Source: an uncultured cyanobacterium
Lineage (GTDB): Bacteria; Cyanobacteriota; Cyanobacteriia; PCC-6307; Cyanobiaceae
Assembly (NCBI GenBank): GCA_963697335.1
Contig: CAVONQ010000018.1
Coordinates: 160,001-224,000, forward strand
Length of the DNA: 64,000 nt
Reading direction: 5' to 3'
Position numbers and translations under genes: made by a program. Below the pieces are notes generated by a model, which had not been told where the DNA came from, did not search any database, and was given only the letters and a program-made list of their open reading frames with translations. Within the stretch, counting starts at the first letter, position 1; every line of letters starts with the position of its first letter. Below are positions 52,602 through 64,000 of this stretch, one piece after another.

Positions 52602-54209
52602 TCACCTGCTGGATCGCTCCATCATGCCCGCGCTTGTTGATGCAGTCGGCGGGTCCCTCCGGGCAGCGAGGTGACCCAGGCGCCCATCCCCTGCCCTGTC
52701 CGCCGGCCTCAGCCAGGCGTAGCGGATGGTGTAGCGCTTCTGCGGCACCCAGCGCAGGGGCAGGCTGCGCGTGCGCAGCTGGCCAGGCTCCAGCGACAAG
52801 GACCTCAGGCCGGTCAGCATGGCCAGGGTCACGGCGGGGTCGTCGTCCTGGTCGATGAGCACCAGAACCCGGGGCTCGCTGCCCACGGGCAGCGGCGGCC
52901 GACCAGCCCCCTCCTTGGGCGCCTTGGGGGTGAGCACCGGCACGGTTGGAAACACCAGCCTGGCGTTTCCGGCCAGGAGGGAGGAGCTGGCGGCGATCAG
53001 ATCGGGCTGCTGCTGGCCCCCCTGATCGAGCTGCCTCAGCAGCTCAGGCAGGGGGGCGTTTCGGCTGCTCGGGCGACCGGTGAGGCCAGCCAGGGCCGTG
53101 CGGGCCGGCAGCAGCAGGGAGGTGAGCCCGGCAGCGGTGATGGCGCCCACCACCATGGCGCGTTCGCGTCGCCGATCACCCTTGCCAGCCAGGGCAGCCA
53201 GGCTGACTGGTGCGTAGAACAGCAGGGGTTGATACCAGCGGTCCTTGATCTTGCTGGCACCCGTGGTCAGTACGACGGCCAGCATCACACCACCCAGGAC
53301 CAGGGGCAGACGCAGCAGCAGGAGTCGCGAGGGCGTCCCTGGACGGCTGGGCGCCTGGGGTGATGGTCTGCGCCAGAACAGCATCACCGCAGCCAGCCAC
53401 AGCGGGGTCAGAAAGGCCAGGGCGGCGCCGGCGGCGCTGAGCAGACCCGCGAGCCGACTTTCGATACCGTTGGCGAGCTCAAGCTTCTCGATCGCGCCCA
53501 GGGCCAGTGGCCCATTCCCCAGCACCCAGGCCAGGTGGGGCGCGATCAGCATGGTCAGGATCCCCAGAGTCAGAATCAGCGGGGGCCGCAGCAGCACCCG
53601 CCGAAAGGGCCGCAGGCTCAGGGCCGAGATCACCAGGCTCGTCAGGAAGAGGCCGTAGTTGTATTTGCTGAGCAGTCCTGCAGCGGCCAGCAGGCCAAGG
53701 GCGGCGTAGCCAGCAGGGGCGGGTTGCCGCTGAAGCCGCAGCAGTTGCAGCAAGGTCAGTGCCGCCATGCTGGTGGCCAGCACCGTGTGGGTGAGGTCCC
53801 GCTGCGACTCCCAGACGATCTGGGGGATCAGGGTCAAGCCGCTCAGGGCGATCACCTGCTGCCGCGGGCTGAAGGCCAGCTCCCGACCGATTCCCAGCAA
53901 CGCCGCGACCAGCAGGCTGAGCAGGGCCACCTTCAGAACCATCAGGGTCCCGAGCGCTGGTCCGGTGACCAGAAAACTCAGCTTGACGAGATAGGTGTAC
54001 AGGGGTGGTTGGGGGCCGTAGCCCAGTTGCCAGCTCTGGCTCAACAACAGTTGTTCCGCCTGGTCCCGATCGGCCGTTCCCGACACCAGCCACTGACTCA
54101 GCGCATTCAGCAGCAACCAGGCCGTGGCGATCAGCCATAGCCGGTGCTCCACCCGCAGGGTGCTGCCTGCGTGCACCTCAGTCCTGCCAGGCATCGCCGA
54201 TCCAGCCAA
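52602..54209 (-). CDS. GT39/ArnT-like polytopic glycosyltransferase (Rgt-like)
   Basis: DQAEQLLLSQSWQLGYGPQPPLYTYL, WESQRDLTHTVL, GLLSKYNY, PHLAW, RWYQPLL. Confidence 0.82.
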   Translation of the reverse strand: MAGSAMPGRTEVHAGSTLRVEHRLWLIATAWLLLNALSQWLVSGTADRDQAEQLLLSQSWQLGYGPQPPLYTYLVKLSFLVTGPALGTLMVLKVALLSLLVAALLGIGRELAFSPRQQVIALSGLTLIPQIVWESQRDLTHTVLATSMAALTLLQLLRLQRQPAPAGYAALGLLAAAGLLSKYNYGLFLTSLVISALSLRPFRRVLLRPPLILTLGILTMLIAPHLAWVLGNGPLALGAIEKLELANGIESRLAGLLSAAGAALAFLTPLWLAAVMLFWRRPSPQAPSRPGTPSRLLLLRLPLVLGGVMLAVVLTTGASKIKDRWYQPLLFYAPVSLAALAGKGDRRRERAMVVGAITAAGLTSLLLPARTALAGLTGRPSSRNAPLPELLRQLDQGGQQQPDLIAASSSLLAGNARLVFPTVPVLTPKAPKEGAGRPPLPVGSEPRVLVLIDQDDDPAVTLAMLTGLRSLSLEPGQLRTRSLPLRWVPQKRYTIRYAWLRPADRAGDGRLGHLAARRDPPTASTSAGMMERSSR

Positions 54210-55059
54210 CCGGCATCACGAACTGGCGCAGGTGCTGCAAGGGATGGGGGCTGGCCAGGGCCGCCGCGATGTGGCGGCGGCGCCCTGCGTAGGCCGGGCT
54301 GTCGGCTTCCCAGCGCCCAGCCATGGCCTCCCCGGGATTCGGCCCTCCAGGGAAGGTCACCACGCGGGCCTTGCGGGGACGGTGTGCCGGCCGCAGGTAG
54401 CGCAATGGCAGAGGCCCCAGGCAGTGGAGGCGGAAATGGCGGTTCCAGCCGCGGGGCCAGAACCGCAGGGCCTCTCCCACGCAATCGGTGACGAAGTGTT
54501 GCTCCCAGTGGAATCGATCGGCGATGGCCTGGGGATCGGCGATGAACCGTTCCAGGATCTGGGGCCGGGAGCCGATCACGAAGCGGAAGACCGAGGTCTG
54601 CCCCAGGCCGCTGAGGGGCTTGGCCCAGTTGCGCTCCAGCACCACCGCCTCTAGGGGAGCCAGCGTGAAGTAATCGTCTAGGGAGCCGATGATCACCGAG
54701 TCCAGATCGAGGAACAGGGCCTGGCCCGACAGGCCGGCGAGCTCGCTGTTCCAGAGGCTCAGTTTGCGCCACTGGCCGCGGGAGCGCTGGGGCAGATCGC
54801 AGTCCAGCGGGGGGAGCGGCAGACAGACGACCTCGGGGCGGATCCGGTCGGCATCGTCGGTGAAACAGACCAGTCGGAATGGGCCGCTGAGATGGCGTGC
54901 CACCATTCCGTAGAGCTTGTTGACATATTCGGGGCCGTACTTACACCCCCATTTCATGCAGAGGATCTGCCTGGTTTCCCCCTCTGCCTCTGCGGTTGTG
55001 GGCTCGGGTTCCAGGCCTGCTTGGCTACCCAATCCCGCCTGCATCTGCATATTTTGCAT
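54178..55059 (-). CDS. Putative GT-A-fold glycosyltransferase
   Basis: CMKWGCKYGPEYVNKL..V.RHL..PFRLVCFTDD, WRKL.LW, LFLDLD, TSVFRF, EQHFVT, FPGGPNP. Confidence 0.75.
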   Translation of the reverse strand: MQNMQMQAGLGSQAGLEPEPTTAEAEGETRQILCMKWGCKYGPEYVNKLYGMVARHLSGPFRLVCFTDDADRIRPEVVCLPLPPLDCDLPQRSRGQWRKLSLWNSELAGLSGQALFLDLDSVIIGSLDDYFTLAPLEAVVLERNWAKPLSGLGQTSVFRFVIGSRPQILERFIADPQAIADRFHWEQHFVTDCVGEALRFWPRGWNRHFRLHCLGPLPLRYLRPAHRPRKARVVTFPGGPNPGEAMAGRWEADSPAYAGRRRHIAAALASPHPLQHLRQFVMPVGWIGDAWQD

Positions 55060-55071
55060 CTTAACGCCAGC

Positions 55072-56511
55072 TCAGGCCGCCAGGTTGCGGAAGCGGGTGA
55101 ACTGGGGTTCGAACAGCAGTTTCACCGTGCCCACCGGGCCGTTGCGGTGCTTGGTGACGATCACCTCGGTGATGCCGCGGTCGGGGGTTTCGGGGTTGTA
55201 GTACTCGTCCCGGTAGATCATCAGCACCAGGTCGGCGTCCTGCTCGATCGAGCCCGATTCACGCAGGTCGCTGAGCATCGGCCGCTTGTTGGTGCGACTC
55301 TCCACCCCCCGGCTGAGCTGGGAGAGGGCCATCACCGGCACGTTGAGCTCCCGGGCCATGCCCTTGAGGCCCCGGGTGATGCGGGAGAGCTCCTGCACCC
55401 GGTTGTCGGGGGTGGAGCCCTCCATCAGCTGCAGGTAGTCGATCACGATCAGGCCCAGCTCCTTGCCCGATTCCGCCATCAGGCGGCGGCAGAGCGAGCG
55501 CATCTCGAGCACGCCGGCATTGGGCTTGTCATCGATGAACAGGGGGAGCTGGCCGAGGGTGTTGATGCCCTGGCCGAGCAGGGGCCACTCCTCCTGCTGC
55601 AGCCGGCCAGTGCGCAGCCGGCCACTCTCGATGCCCACCTCCATCGACAGCAGCCGGTAGGTGAGCTGCTCCTTGCTCATCTCCAGGCTGAACACACACA
55701 CCGGCAGCTGGTGCAGCTGGGCCACGTTCTTGGCGATGTTGAGCACGATCGAGGTCTTGCCCATGGCCGGGCGGCCGGCCACGATGATCAGGTCGCTGCG
55801 CTGCAGCCCCTGGGTGATGGCGTCCAGGTCGTAGAAGTTCACCGGGATGCCCGCCACCGAGGTGCCCAGGGAGCGGCTCTCGATCTCGTTGAAGGTGCTG
55901 GTGAGGATCTCGGCGGTGGGGGTGAGGCCCTGGCTGGGTTTTTCCTGGCTGATCGCGAAGATCTTCTGCTCGGCCTCATCGAGCACCTGATCCATCGGCT
56001 TGCCCTGATCGAAGCCGAGCTGGATCACTTCGTTGCCGGAGCGGATCAGCCGGCGCCGCAGGAACTTGTCCATCACCAGGCGGGCCACCTGGTCGATCGA
56101 GGCGGTGGACATGGTGCGCTCCACCAGTTCCACCAGGCGGCTGCTGCCGCCCACCTTCTCCAGCAGGCCGGTGTCCGCCAGCCAGGCGGTCATGGCGGTG
56201 AGGTCGGTGGGCTTGCCCTGGCTGTGCAACATCAAGGCGGTGCGGTAGATCTCCCGGTGGGCTCCTAGATAGAAGGCCTCGGGCTGGAGCACGTCAGCGA
56301 CGCGGCTGATGGCGTCGGGATCGAGCAGCACGCCCCCCAGCACCGCCTCTTCCGCCTCCAGGTTCTGGGGGGGCACCGAGTCGGGCAGGGCCTCGAAGCT
56401 GGCCTCATCCCGCAGCCGTCCCCGCCGCGGAGCTGGCCGCACCGGAGCGAGGTCGGCATCGCCGCCTGGATGGCCGTCGGGATCGCGCTCTGAGAGAGGC
56501 AGGCTCACCAT
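55072..56511 (-). CDS. dnaB: Replicative DNA helicase
   Basis: PPQNLEAEEAVLGG, AGRPAMGKT, FSLEMS, IDYLQLM, LSQLSR, DLRESGSIEQDAD, KHRNGP. Confidence 0.98.
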   Translation of the reverse strand: MVSLPLSERDPDGHPGGDADLAPVRPAPRRGRLRDEASFEALPDSVPPQNLEAEEAVLGGVLLDPDAISRVADVLQPEAFYLGAHREIYRTALMLHSQGKPTDLTAMTAWLADTGLLEKVGGSSRLVELVERTMSTASIDQVARLVMDKFLRRRLIRSGNEVIQLGFDQGKPMDQVLDEAEQKIFAISQEKPSQGLTPTAEILTSTFNEIESRSLGTSVAGIPVNFYDLDAITQGLQRSDLIIVAGRPAMGKTSIVLNIAKNVAQLHQLPVCVFSLEMSKEQLTYRLLSMEVGIESGRLRTGRLQQEEWPLLGQGINTLGQLPLFIDDKPNAGVLEMRSLCRRLMAESGKELGLIVIDYLQLMEGSTPDNRVQELSRITRGLKGMARELNVPVMALSQLSRGVESRTNKRPMLSDLRESGSIEQDADLVLMIYRDEYYNPETPDRGITEVIVTKHRNGPVGTVKLLFEPQFTRFRNLAA

Positions 56512-56660
56512 GGTTGGATCTCCTGCTGGGGGGCCGGCAGGCAGGCCTGGGGGTGCTGGGCTGGAGGCCGCATCGGGCTACCGCAGGCTGGTTGGGGCCG
56601 GCCAGTCCCTGGGGCGCTGGCGGCAGTGGGTGCCCATTCTGGCCTGCCTGGGCCGGGCGC

Positions 56661-57119
56661 TCAGTGGCTGATCACTTCGAGGTTGATCTCGGCCGTCACC
56701 TCGGGGTGCAGCTTCACCTGCACCTTGTAGGAGCCGGTGCGATGGATGTCGGGCACCGTGATGTCGCGGCGGTCCACATCTTTCTTGGTGGCTGCTTCGA
56801 TGGCCTCGGCCACGTCGCCGTTGGTGACGGTGCCGAACAGCACGTCATCACCGCCGGTCTGCTTCTTCACGGTGAAGCGGCCGATCGTGGCCAGGGCGGT
56901 GCGGAAGGCCTCGGCCTCGGCCCGCAGGGCCGCCTGGCGCTCGGCCTCCTTGGCTCGGCGGGCCTCCACCTGCCGCAGCACGGCTCGGGTGAGGGGAACG
57001 GCCTTGCCGGTGGGGACGAGGAAATTACGGGCGTAGCCAGGGGCCACCTCCACCAGATCGCCCCCCTTGCCCAGGCTGAGGACGTCTTCGCTGAGAACGA
57101 CTTGAACGCGCTTGGCCAT
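56661..57119 (-). CDS. rplI: 50S ribosomal protein L9
   Basis: [31 protein letters not shown]. Confidence 0.98.
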   Translation of the reverse strand: MAKRVQVVLSEDVLSLGKGGDLVEVAPGYARNFLVPTGKAVPLTRAVLRQVEARRAKEAERQAALRAEAEAFRTALATIGRFTVKKQTGGDDVLFGTVTNGDVAEAIEAATKKDVDRRDITVPDIHRTGSYKVQVKLHPEVTAEINLEVISH

Positions 57120-57174
57120 GGGAAAAGGAGAAGGAATCTGGTCGCGAGCCGATCCAGCAGCCTACGCGACGGGC

Positions 57175-58152
57175 TCAGGGCCGCAGGCTGGGCCGGGTGG
57201 CAGCGGCGGGGAGTCTCACCTGCTTGGCCAGACCCAGCCAGCGCATCAGGCGGATGTGCTGCCAGGTGAGGTCGACCTGGCGGCCGAAGCCATGGCGGGC
57301 CGAATGGGGGAAGGCATGGTGGTTGTTGTGCCAGCCCTCGCCGAAGGTGAGCGCGGCCACCCAGACGTTGTTGCGGGACTGATCGCCGCTGTCATGGGAC
57401 ACGCCACCCCAGCAGTGGGTGGCTGAGTTGACCAGCCAGGTGATGTGGTACACAACCACCAGGCGCAGCGGGATGCCCCACAGCACCAGGGCCCAGCCGC
57501 CGGCACCGCTGACCGTGCCGATCCAGAACAGCAGGCCGGCCAGGGGCAGCTGCAGCAGCAGGAACCAGTTGTTCAGCCAGCGGTAGTAGGGGTCACGGGC
57601 CAGGTCGCCGGTGAGGCGGGGGACCGAGGCCATGGCGGGAACGGTCTGGAACATCCAGCCCATGTGGCTCCACCAGAAGCCCTTGAGGCTGCTGTGGTGG
57701 TCGACGTCGGTGTCGGAGAACTTGTGGTGGTGGCGGTGCAGGCCCACCCAGTCGATCGGGCCGTGCTGGCAGCTGAGGGCGCCGCAGGTGGCGAAGAAGC
57801 GCTCCAGCCAGCGGGGCACGCTGAAGGAGCGGTGGCTCAGCAGGCGGTGGTAGCCGACGGTGACACCGAGGCAGGCCGTGACCCAATAGAGCACCAGGAA
57901 GCTGGCCACGGCGGGCAGGCTCCAGAAGCGGGGCAGCAGGGCGACGACGGCGAGGACGTGGAGAGCGCCCATGTAGGCCACGATGCTCCAGTTGATGCCC
58001 GGTGCGCTCTGGGGCGCGGCTGCGCCGCTCCGGGCTTGGCGCAGGGCCTCGGCCCGCTGCAGCCCCCGGCTGCCGCCGCTGATCGCGGCGGGCTGCCGGG
58101 TGCTGCGGGCACTGGGACGGGGGCGGGCTCGGCTGGAAGCTGTTGCGGTCAT
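57175..58152 (-). CDS. desC: Delta-9 acyl-lipid desaturase
   Basis: His boxes HRLLSHRS, HRHHH, EGWHNNHH. Confidence 0.92.
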   Translation of the reverse strand: MTATASSRARPRPSARSTRQPAAISGGSRGLQRAEALRQARSGAAAPQSAPGINWSIVAYMGALHVLAVVALLPRFWSLPAVASFLVLYWVTACLGVTVGYHRLLSHRSFSVPRWLERFFATCGALSCQHGPIDWVGLHRHHHKFSDTDVDHHSSLKGFWWSHMGWMFQTVPAMASVPRLTGDLARDPYYRWLNNWFLLLQLPLAGLLFWIGTVSGAGGWALVLWGIPLRLVVVYHITWLVNSATHCWGGVSHDSGDQSRNNVWVAALTFGEGWHNNHHAFPHSARHGFGRQVDLTWQHIRLMRWLGLAKQVRLPAAATRPSLRP

Positions 58153-58218
58153 AACGGACCGGTTCCTGATCACTAGCTAAGATGGTAGCAATACGAATCC
58201 AGATCGCAAGACATCACT

Positions 58219-59001
58219 GTGGGTTATCGGGATGACCTCGCGGCCGGGCGGGTGGCCTTTGCCCACCTCGTCCGCCTCTGGCACGGCCGTAACGGCTGGA
58301 GCCACCGCGTGCTGCCCGCCCTGGCCGAGGCCCTCGATCTCGGCCGCGTGCACAACTCCCAGCTGTCGATGCTGCGCAACGGCAAGCTCGCCTCCCCGGG
58401 GCCGGAGGTGTTCCTCGCCCTGGGGCGCATCAACCAGTTGTTGGCCACCGAGGTGGTGGATGGCGCCCTCTCAGAGGCGCTGCAGCAGCGGCTGGCCGAC
58501 CAGCCCTCCCTGCTGGCCGACCTGCAGGCCTCGGCCCTGCCGGTGCAGGAGCCTGGTGAGGCGGTGCTCGGCCCGGGGGAGTTGCTGGAGGTGTTCGTGG
58601 GTCTGCGCCATCCTCCGGCCGCCTTCGATCTGCGCATCGCCGAGGGCGAGGCCCTGGCCCTCAGTGCCGCCCTGGCTGAGCTGCTCACCGCCGGTCACCC
58701 CTGGCGGCTCTGCCGCGACACGGTGCTAGCCGCCTATCCGGTGAGTAAGCGCTCGCGGCGGGAGCGCTTCGCTGCGGTGATCGCCGGCCAGTGCGACTAC
58801 AGCGCCGCCGAGCTCGATGCCGAGTTGCCCGACCTGCGCCGCACCCTGGCGACCCTGGGCGGTGTGGAGGAGCAGCACCTGGCCCCGGCCCAGTTTCTCG
58901 ATCTGCTGCGCCAGCGGGCCCGCGGTCTCGGCAGCCTGGCGCCCGACCCCGGCGAGGCTGACCTCAGCGCGGCAATCCGCCAGCAGCTGGGCGTCCTCTG
59001 A
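58219..59001 (+). CDS. Conserved hypothetical protein with XRE-like HTH N-terminus
   Basis: NGWSHRVLPALAEALDLGRVHNSQLSMLRNGKLASPGPEVFLALG. Confidence 0.7.
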   Translation: MGYRDDLAAGRVAFAHLVRLWHGRNGWSHRVLPALAEALDLGRVHNSQLSMLRNGKLASPGPEVFLALGRINQLLATEVVDGALSEALQQRLADQPSLLADLQASALPVQEPGEAVLGPGELLEVFVGLRHPPAAFDLRIAEGEALALSAALAELLTAGHPWRLCRDTVLAAYPVSKRSRRERFAAVIAGQCDYSAAELDAELPDLRRTLATLGGVEEQHLAPAQFLDLLRQRARGLGSLAPDPGEADLSAAIRQQLGVL

Positions 59002-59005
59002 TCGC

Positions 59006-59938
59006 TCAGGGGCGGTAGGCGGCCAGCCGCACCCGCCGTGCCCAGCCCAGGGCCCGCAGCAGGCGGATGTGCTGCCAGGTGATGTCCACTTCGAACCAGC
59101 GCAGGCCGTGGCGTGCCGAGTGGGGGAAGGCGTGGTGGTTGTTGTGCCAGCCCTCGCCGAAGCTGAGAATCGCCACCCACCAGCAGTTGCGGGAGCGGTC
59201 GGGGCAGTCGAAGTTGCGATAGCCGAAGGCGTGGGTGGCCGAGTTCACCAGCCAGGTCACGTGGTACACCAGCACCAGCCGCAGGGGGATCGCCCAGAGC
59301 ACCAGGCCCAGCCCGCCGCCATGGACCCCGGCCAGCTCTCCATAGGTGTACAGGGCGACGCCGAGGGGCACCTGCAGCAGCAGGAACCAGCGATCCAGCC
59401 AGCGGTAGAAGGGGTCGCGCTGCAGGTCCCCGGTGAGCCGCTCCACGTGCTCCAGGGCAGGGATCTGATGCAGCATCCAGCCGCTGTGGGCCCACCACAG
59501 GCCGCGGCCGGCGTCGTGGTGGTCGTTGGGCTGGTCGGAGAACTTGTGGTGGTGGCGGTGCAGGCCCACCCACTCGATCGGTCCGCTCTGGCAGGCCATG
59601 GCCCCCATCAGCACCAGGGTGCGCTCCAGCCAGGTGGGAGCGCTGAAACTGCGGTGGGTCACCAGCCTGTGCAGGCCAAGCGTCACGCCCAGCACGGTCA
59701 TCCAATAGAGGAAGGCCAGGGCGAGCACGGCCTGCCAGCTCCAGAACCTGGGCAGCAGGGCCACCACGGCCGCCACGTGCATCACCAGCATGAAGCCCGT
59801 GGTGCCCAGCTTGTAGCGCCGCTGCCGGGGTGGCAGGGGCTGGCGGCGCCTGCGCAGGCCAGCCAGCAGCTGGCGCTCCTGCTGGCTGTTGGCTGAGGGT
59901 GCTGGCAACAGAGGGGCGGGGTCGAGCTGAATCACCAA
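59006..59938 (-). CDS. desC: Delta-9 acyl-lipid desaturase (second paralog)
   Basis: His boxes HRLVTHRS, HRHHH, EGWHNNHH. Confidence 0.92.
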   Translation of the reverse strand: MVIQLDPAPLLPAPSANSQQERQLLAGLRRRRQPLPPRQRRYKLGTTGFMLVMHVAAVVALLPRFWSWQAVLALAFLYWMTVLGVTLGLHRLVTHRSFSAPTWLERTLVLMGAMACQSGPIEWVGLHRHHHKFSDQPNDHHDAGRGLWWAHSGWMLHQIPALEHVERLTGDLQRDPFYRWLDRWFLLLQVPLGVALYTYGELAGVHGGGLGLVLWAIPLRLVLVYHVTWLVNSATHAFGYRNFDCPDRSRNCWWVAILSFGEGWHNNHHAFPHSARHGLRWFEVDITWQHIRLLRALGWARRVRLAAYRP

Positions 59939-60098
59939 GAGCGTGGGAGGCGGAAGTGGGCGGCGCGGCGGCGGTGCACCCCTGCGCGGCCGGGCCGAGC
60001 TGGGGGTCTGCGGAGGCCGTAAGCCGTTGGACGTCTGTGTCCGGCTCCCGAGTCAGGGAATCTAGACGGGCAACATGGGAGCCCCACCAGCCCCAGCG

Positions 60099-61358
60099 AT
60101 GACCAACCTCTGCTGGGCCCGCGACCAGCTCGATGGCGCCAGTGCCCGCATCGCCCCCTTCGCCGAGCGTCACACCGCCGGCGTGCAGCCCCGGCTGGAG
60201 CGGGTGCTGGCGGCCCTGGCGGCGGAGCGGGTGGGGGTGCAGCACTTCGCCTCGGTGAGTGGCTATGGCCATGGCGACCAGGGCCGCGAGGTGCTCGATC
60301 GGGTCTTCGCCCGGGTGCTGCAGGCCGAGGCCGCCGCCGTGCGGCTGCAGTTCGTCAGTGGCACCCACGCCATCGCCGCAGCCCTGTTCGGCGTGCTCCG
60401 CCCGGGGGATCGGCTGCTCTCCCTCACCGGTCGCCCCTACGACACCCTCGAGGAGGTGATCGGCCTGCGCGGGACGGGCCAGGGCTCCCTGGCGGAGTTC
60501 GGCGTCCGCTACGCCGAAGTGCCCCTCAGCGCTGCAGGCCGGGTGGATCCAGAGGCGGTGGACCTGGCCCTGGGCGAACCGACACGGATGGTGCTGATCC
60601 AGCGCAGCTGTGGCTACAGCTGGCGGCCCTCCCTGTCGCTGACGGAGATCGCTGAGCTGGCCGAGCGGGTGAAGCGGCGCCAGCCCGACTGTGTGGTGTT
60701 CGTGGACAACTGCTACGGCGAATTGGTGCAGGAGCAGGAGCCCACCGCCGTGGGAGCCGATCTGATCGCCGGCTCCCTGATCAAGAACCTGGGGGGCACG
60801 ATCGCCCCCACCGGTGGCTACGTGGCCGGCCGCGCCGAGCTGGTGGAGCTGGCCTGCTGCCGGCTCACCGCCCCGGGCATCGGCGCCGAGGGTGGCACCA
60901 GCTTCGACCTCAACCGTCTGGTGTTTCAGGGGCTGTTTCTGGCGCCCCAGATGGTGGCGGAGGCCCTGATCTGCAGCGAGCTGGTGGCCCAGGTGTTCAG
61001 TGACCTCGGCTACGCCACCCAGCCGCGCCCCGGGGAGTCGCGCAGCGATGTGATCCAGGCGGTGCGGCTCGGCTCCCCCGGGCGGCTGGCCACGGTGTGC
61101 CGCGCCTTTCAGGCCGCTTCCCCGGTGGGCTCCTACCTCGATCCGGTGCCGGCGCCGATGCCCGGCTACGCCAGTGAGCTGGTGATGGCGGGCGGCACCT
61201 TCATCGATGGCAGCACCAGTGAGTTCTCCGCCGATGCCCCGCTGCGGGAGCCCTACGTGCTGTTTGCCCAGGGCGGCACCCACCGGGCCCATGCCCGCAT
61301 CGCCCTGGAACGGGCCCTGGCGGCCCTCGCCGAATCCGGACACGGTCCTCCAGACTGA
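60099..61358 (+). CDS. Methionine gamma-lyase-like / aluminium-resistance family PLP enzyme
   Basis: SGYGHGD.GRE, FVSGTHAI, PYDTLEEVIG, IQRSCGY, VDNCYGE, GSLIKNLGG, MAGGTFIDGST. Confidence 0.9.
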   Translation: MTNLCWARDQLDGASARIAPFAERHTAGVQPRLERVLAALAAERVGVQHFASVSGYGHGDQGREVLDRVFARVLQAEAAAVRLQFVSGTHAIAAALFGVLRPGDRLLSLTGRPYDTLEEVIGLRGTGQGSLAEFGVRYAEVPLSAAGRVDPEAVDLALGEPTRMVLIQRSCGYSWRPSLSLTEIAELAERVKRRQPDCVVFVDNCYGELVQEQEPTAVGADLIAGSLIKNLGGTIAPTGGYVAGRAELVELACCRLTAPGIGAEGGTSFDLNRLVFQGLFLAPQMVAEALICSELVAQVFSDLGYATQPRPGESRSDVIQAVRLGSPGRLATVCRAFQAASPVGSYLDPVPAPMPGYASELVMAGGTFIDGSTSEFSADAPLREPYVLFAQGGTHRAHARIALERALAALAESGHGPPD

Positions 61359-61385
61359 CGCCCACTGTCCAGCCCCCCGCGTGCG

Positions 61386-61775
61386 ATGGCGCTCTCCTAC
61401 CCCAGCGACTGTCGCTATGCCGACAGCCACGAATACGTGCGCCCCGATGGCGATAACGTGCGCCTGGGGCTGAGCGCCTTCGCCATCGACCAGCTCGGCG
61501 ACATCGTGTTCGTCGAACTTCCTGCGGTGGGGGATGAGCTCACCCGGGGCCAGAGCTGCGGCAGCATCGAGTCGGTGAAGGCGGTTGAAGACCTGCTGGC
61601 CCCCATCTCCGGTGTGGTGCAGGCCCGCAACGAGGCCGTGATCGCCAGCCCCGAGGAACTGCAGAACGATCCCTACGGCGAGGGCTGGTTGCTGCTGCTG
61701 CAGCCCAGCGAGCCGGCCCAGCTGGACGACCTGCTGGAGGCACCGGCCTATGCCGCCAAGGTGGAGGGCCACTGA
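61386..61775 (+). CDS. gcvH: Glycine cleavage system H protein
   Basis: [21 protein letters not shown] (lipoyl Lys), DPYGEGWL. Confidence 0.97.
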   Translation: MALSYPSDCRYADSHEYVRPDGDNVRLGLSAFAIDQLGDIVFVELPAVGDELTRGQSCGSIESVKAVEDLLAPISGVVQARNEAVIASPEELQNDPYGEGWLLLLQPSEPAQLDDLLEAPAYAAKVEGH

Positions 61776-61777
61776 CC

Positions 61778-64000
<2,223 letters not shown>

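Noticed and set aside
55072..56511. Possible intein in DnaB (common in cyanobacteria)
   Set aside because: 479-aa protein with contiguous helicase motifs; no insertion
56512..56660. Structured RNA between rplI and dnaB (CAGGCAGGCC ... GGCCTGCCTG inverted repeat)
   Set aside because: A 10-bp arm in very GC-rich sequence is plausible by chance; no recognisable RNA motif

Overview
A GC-rich picocyanobacterial chromosome segment, most likely Cyanobium or a related Synechococcus lineage (judged from hli genes, BicA/NhaS3 and gene order). The core backbone runs speB-speE-arfB-mazG-tRNA-Val ... valS ... ligA ... ubiC-like ... fghA-frmA-mnmG ... dnaB-rplI-desC-desC-gcvH-gcvP (gcvP runs off the end of the window). 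Three accessory regions interrupt it. (1) About 5.6-23 kb, downstream of tRNA-Val(TAC): a dead IS5, relic toxin-antitoxin genes, an hli/small membrane peptide cluster, an acidic EGGEG lipopeptide facing a PKHD-type hydroxylase, bicA/nhaS3/DUF6671, a Crp regulator, a P-type ATPase, a GDSL hydrolase, and an orphan solute-binding lipoprotein coupled to an MscS channel. (2) About 27.6-36 kb, between valS and ligA: DUF6880, vapBC and IS66 relics, DUF1643, mscL, mscS and an approximately 1,180-aa choice-of-anchor-I/PhoX-like fusion. (3) About 48-55 kb, between mnmG and dnaB: a layered, partly low-GC glycosylation island. The strongest novelty candidates are the SBP-MscS pair, a dispersed rhizobial-type LPS core toolkit (LpcC/LpcA/Rgt/LpxL-like), and the EGGEG peptide with its 2OG-Fe hydroxylase. 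All family assignments come from motif recognition by eye; no searches were run.
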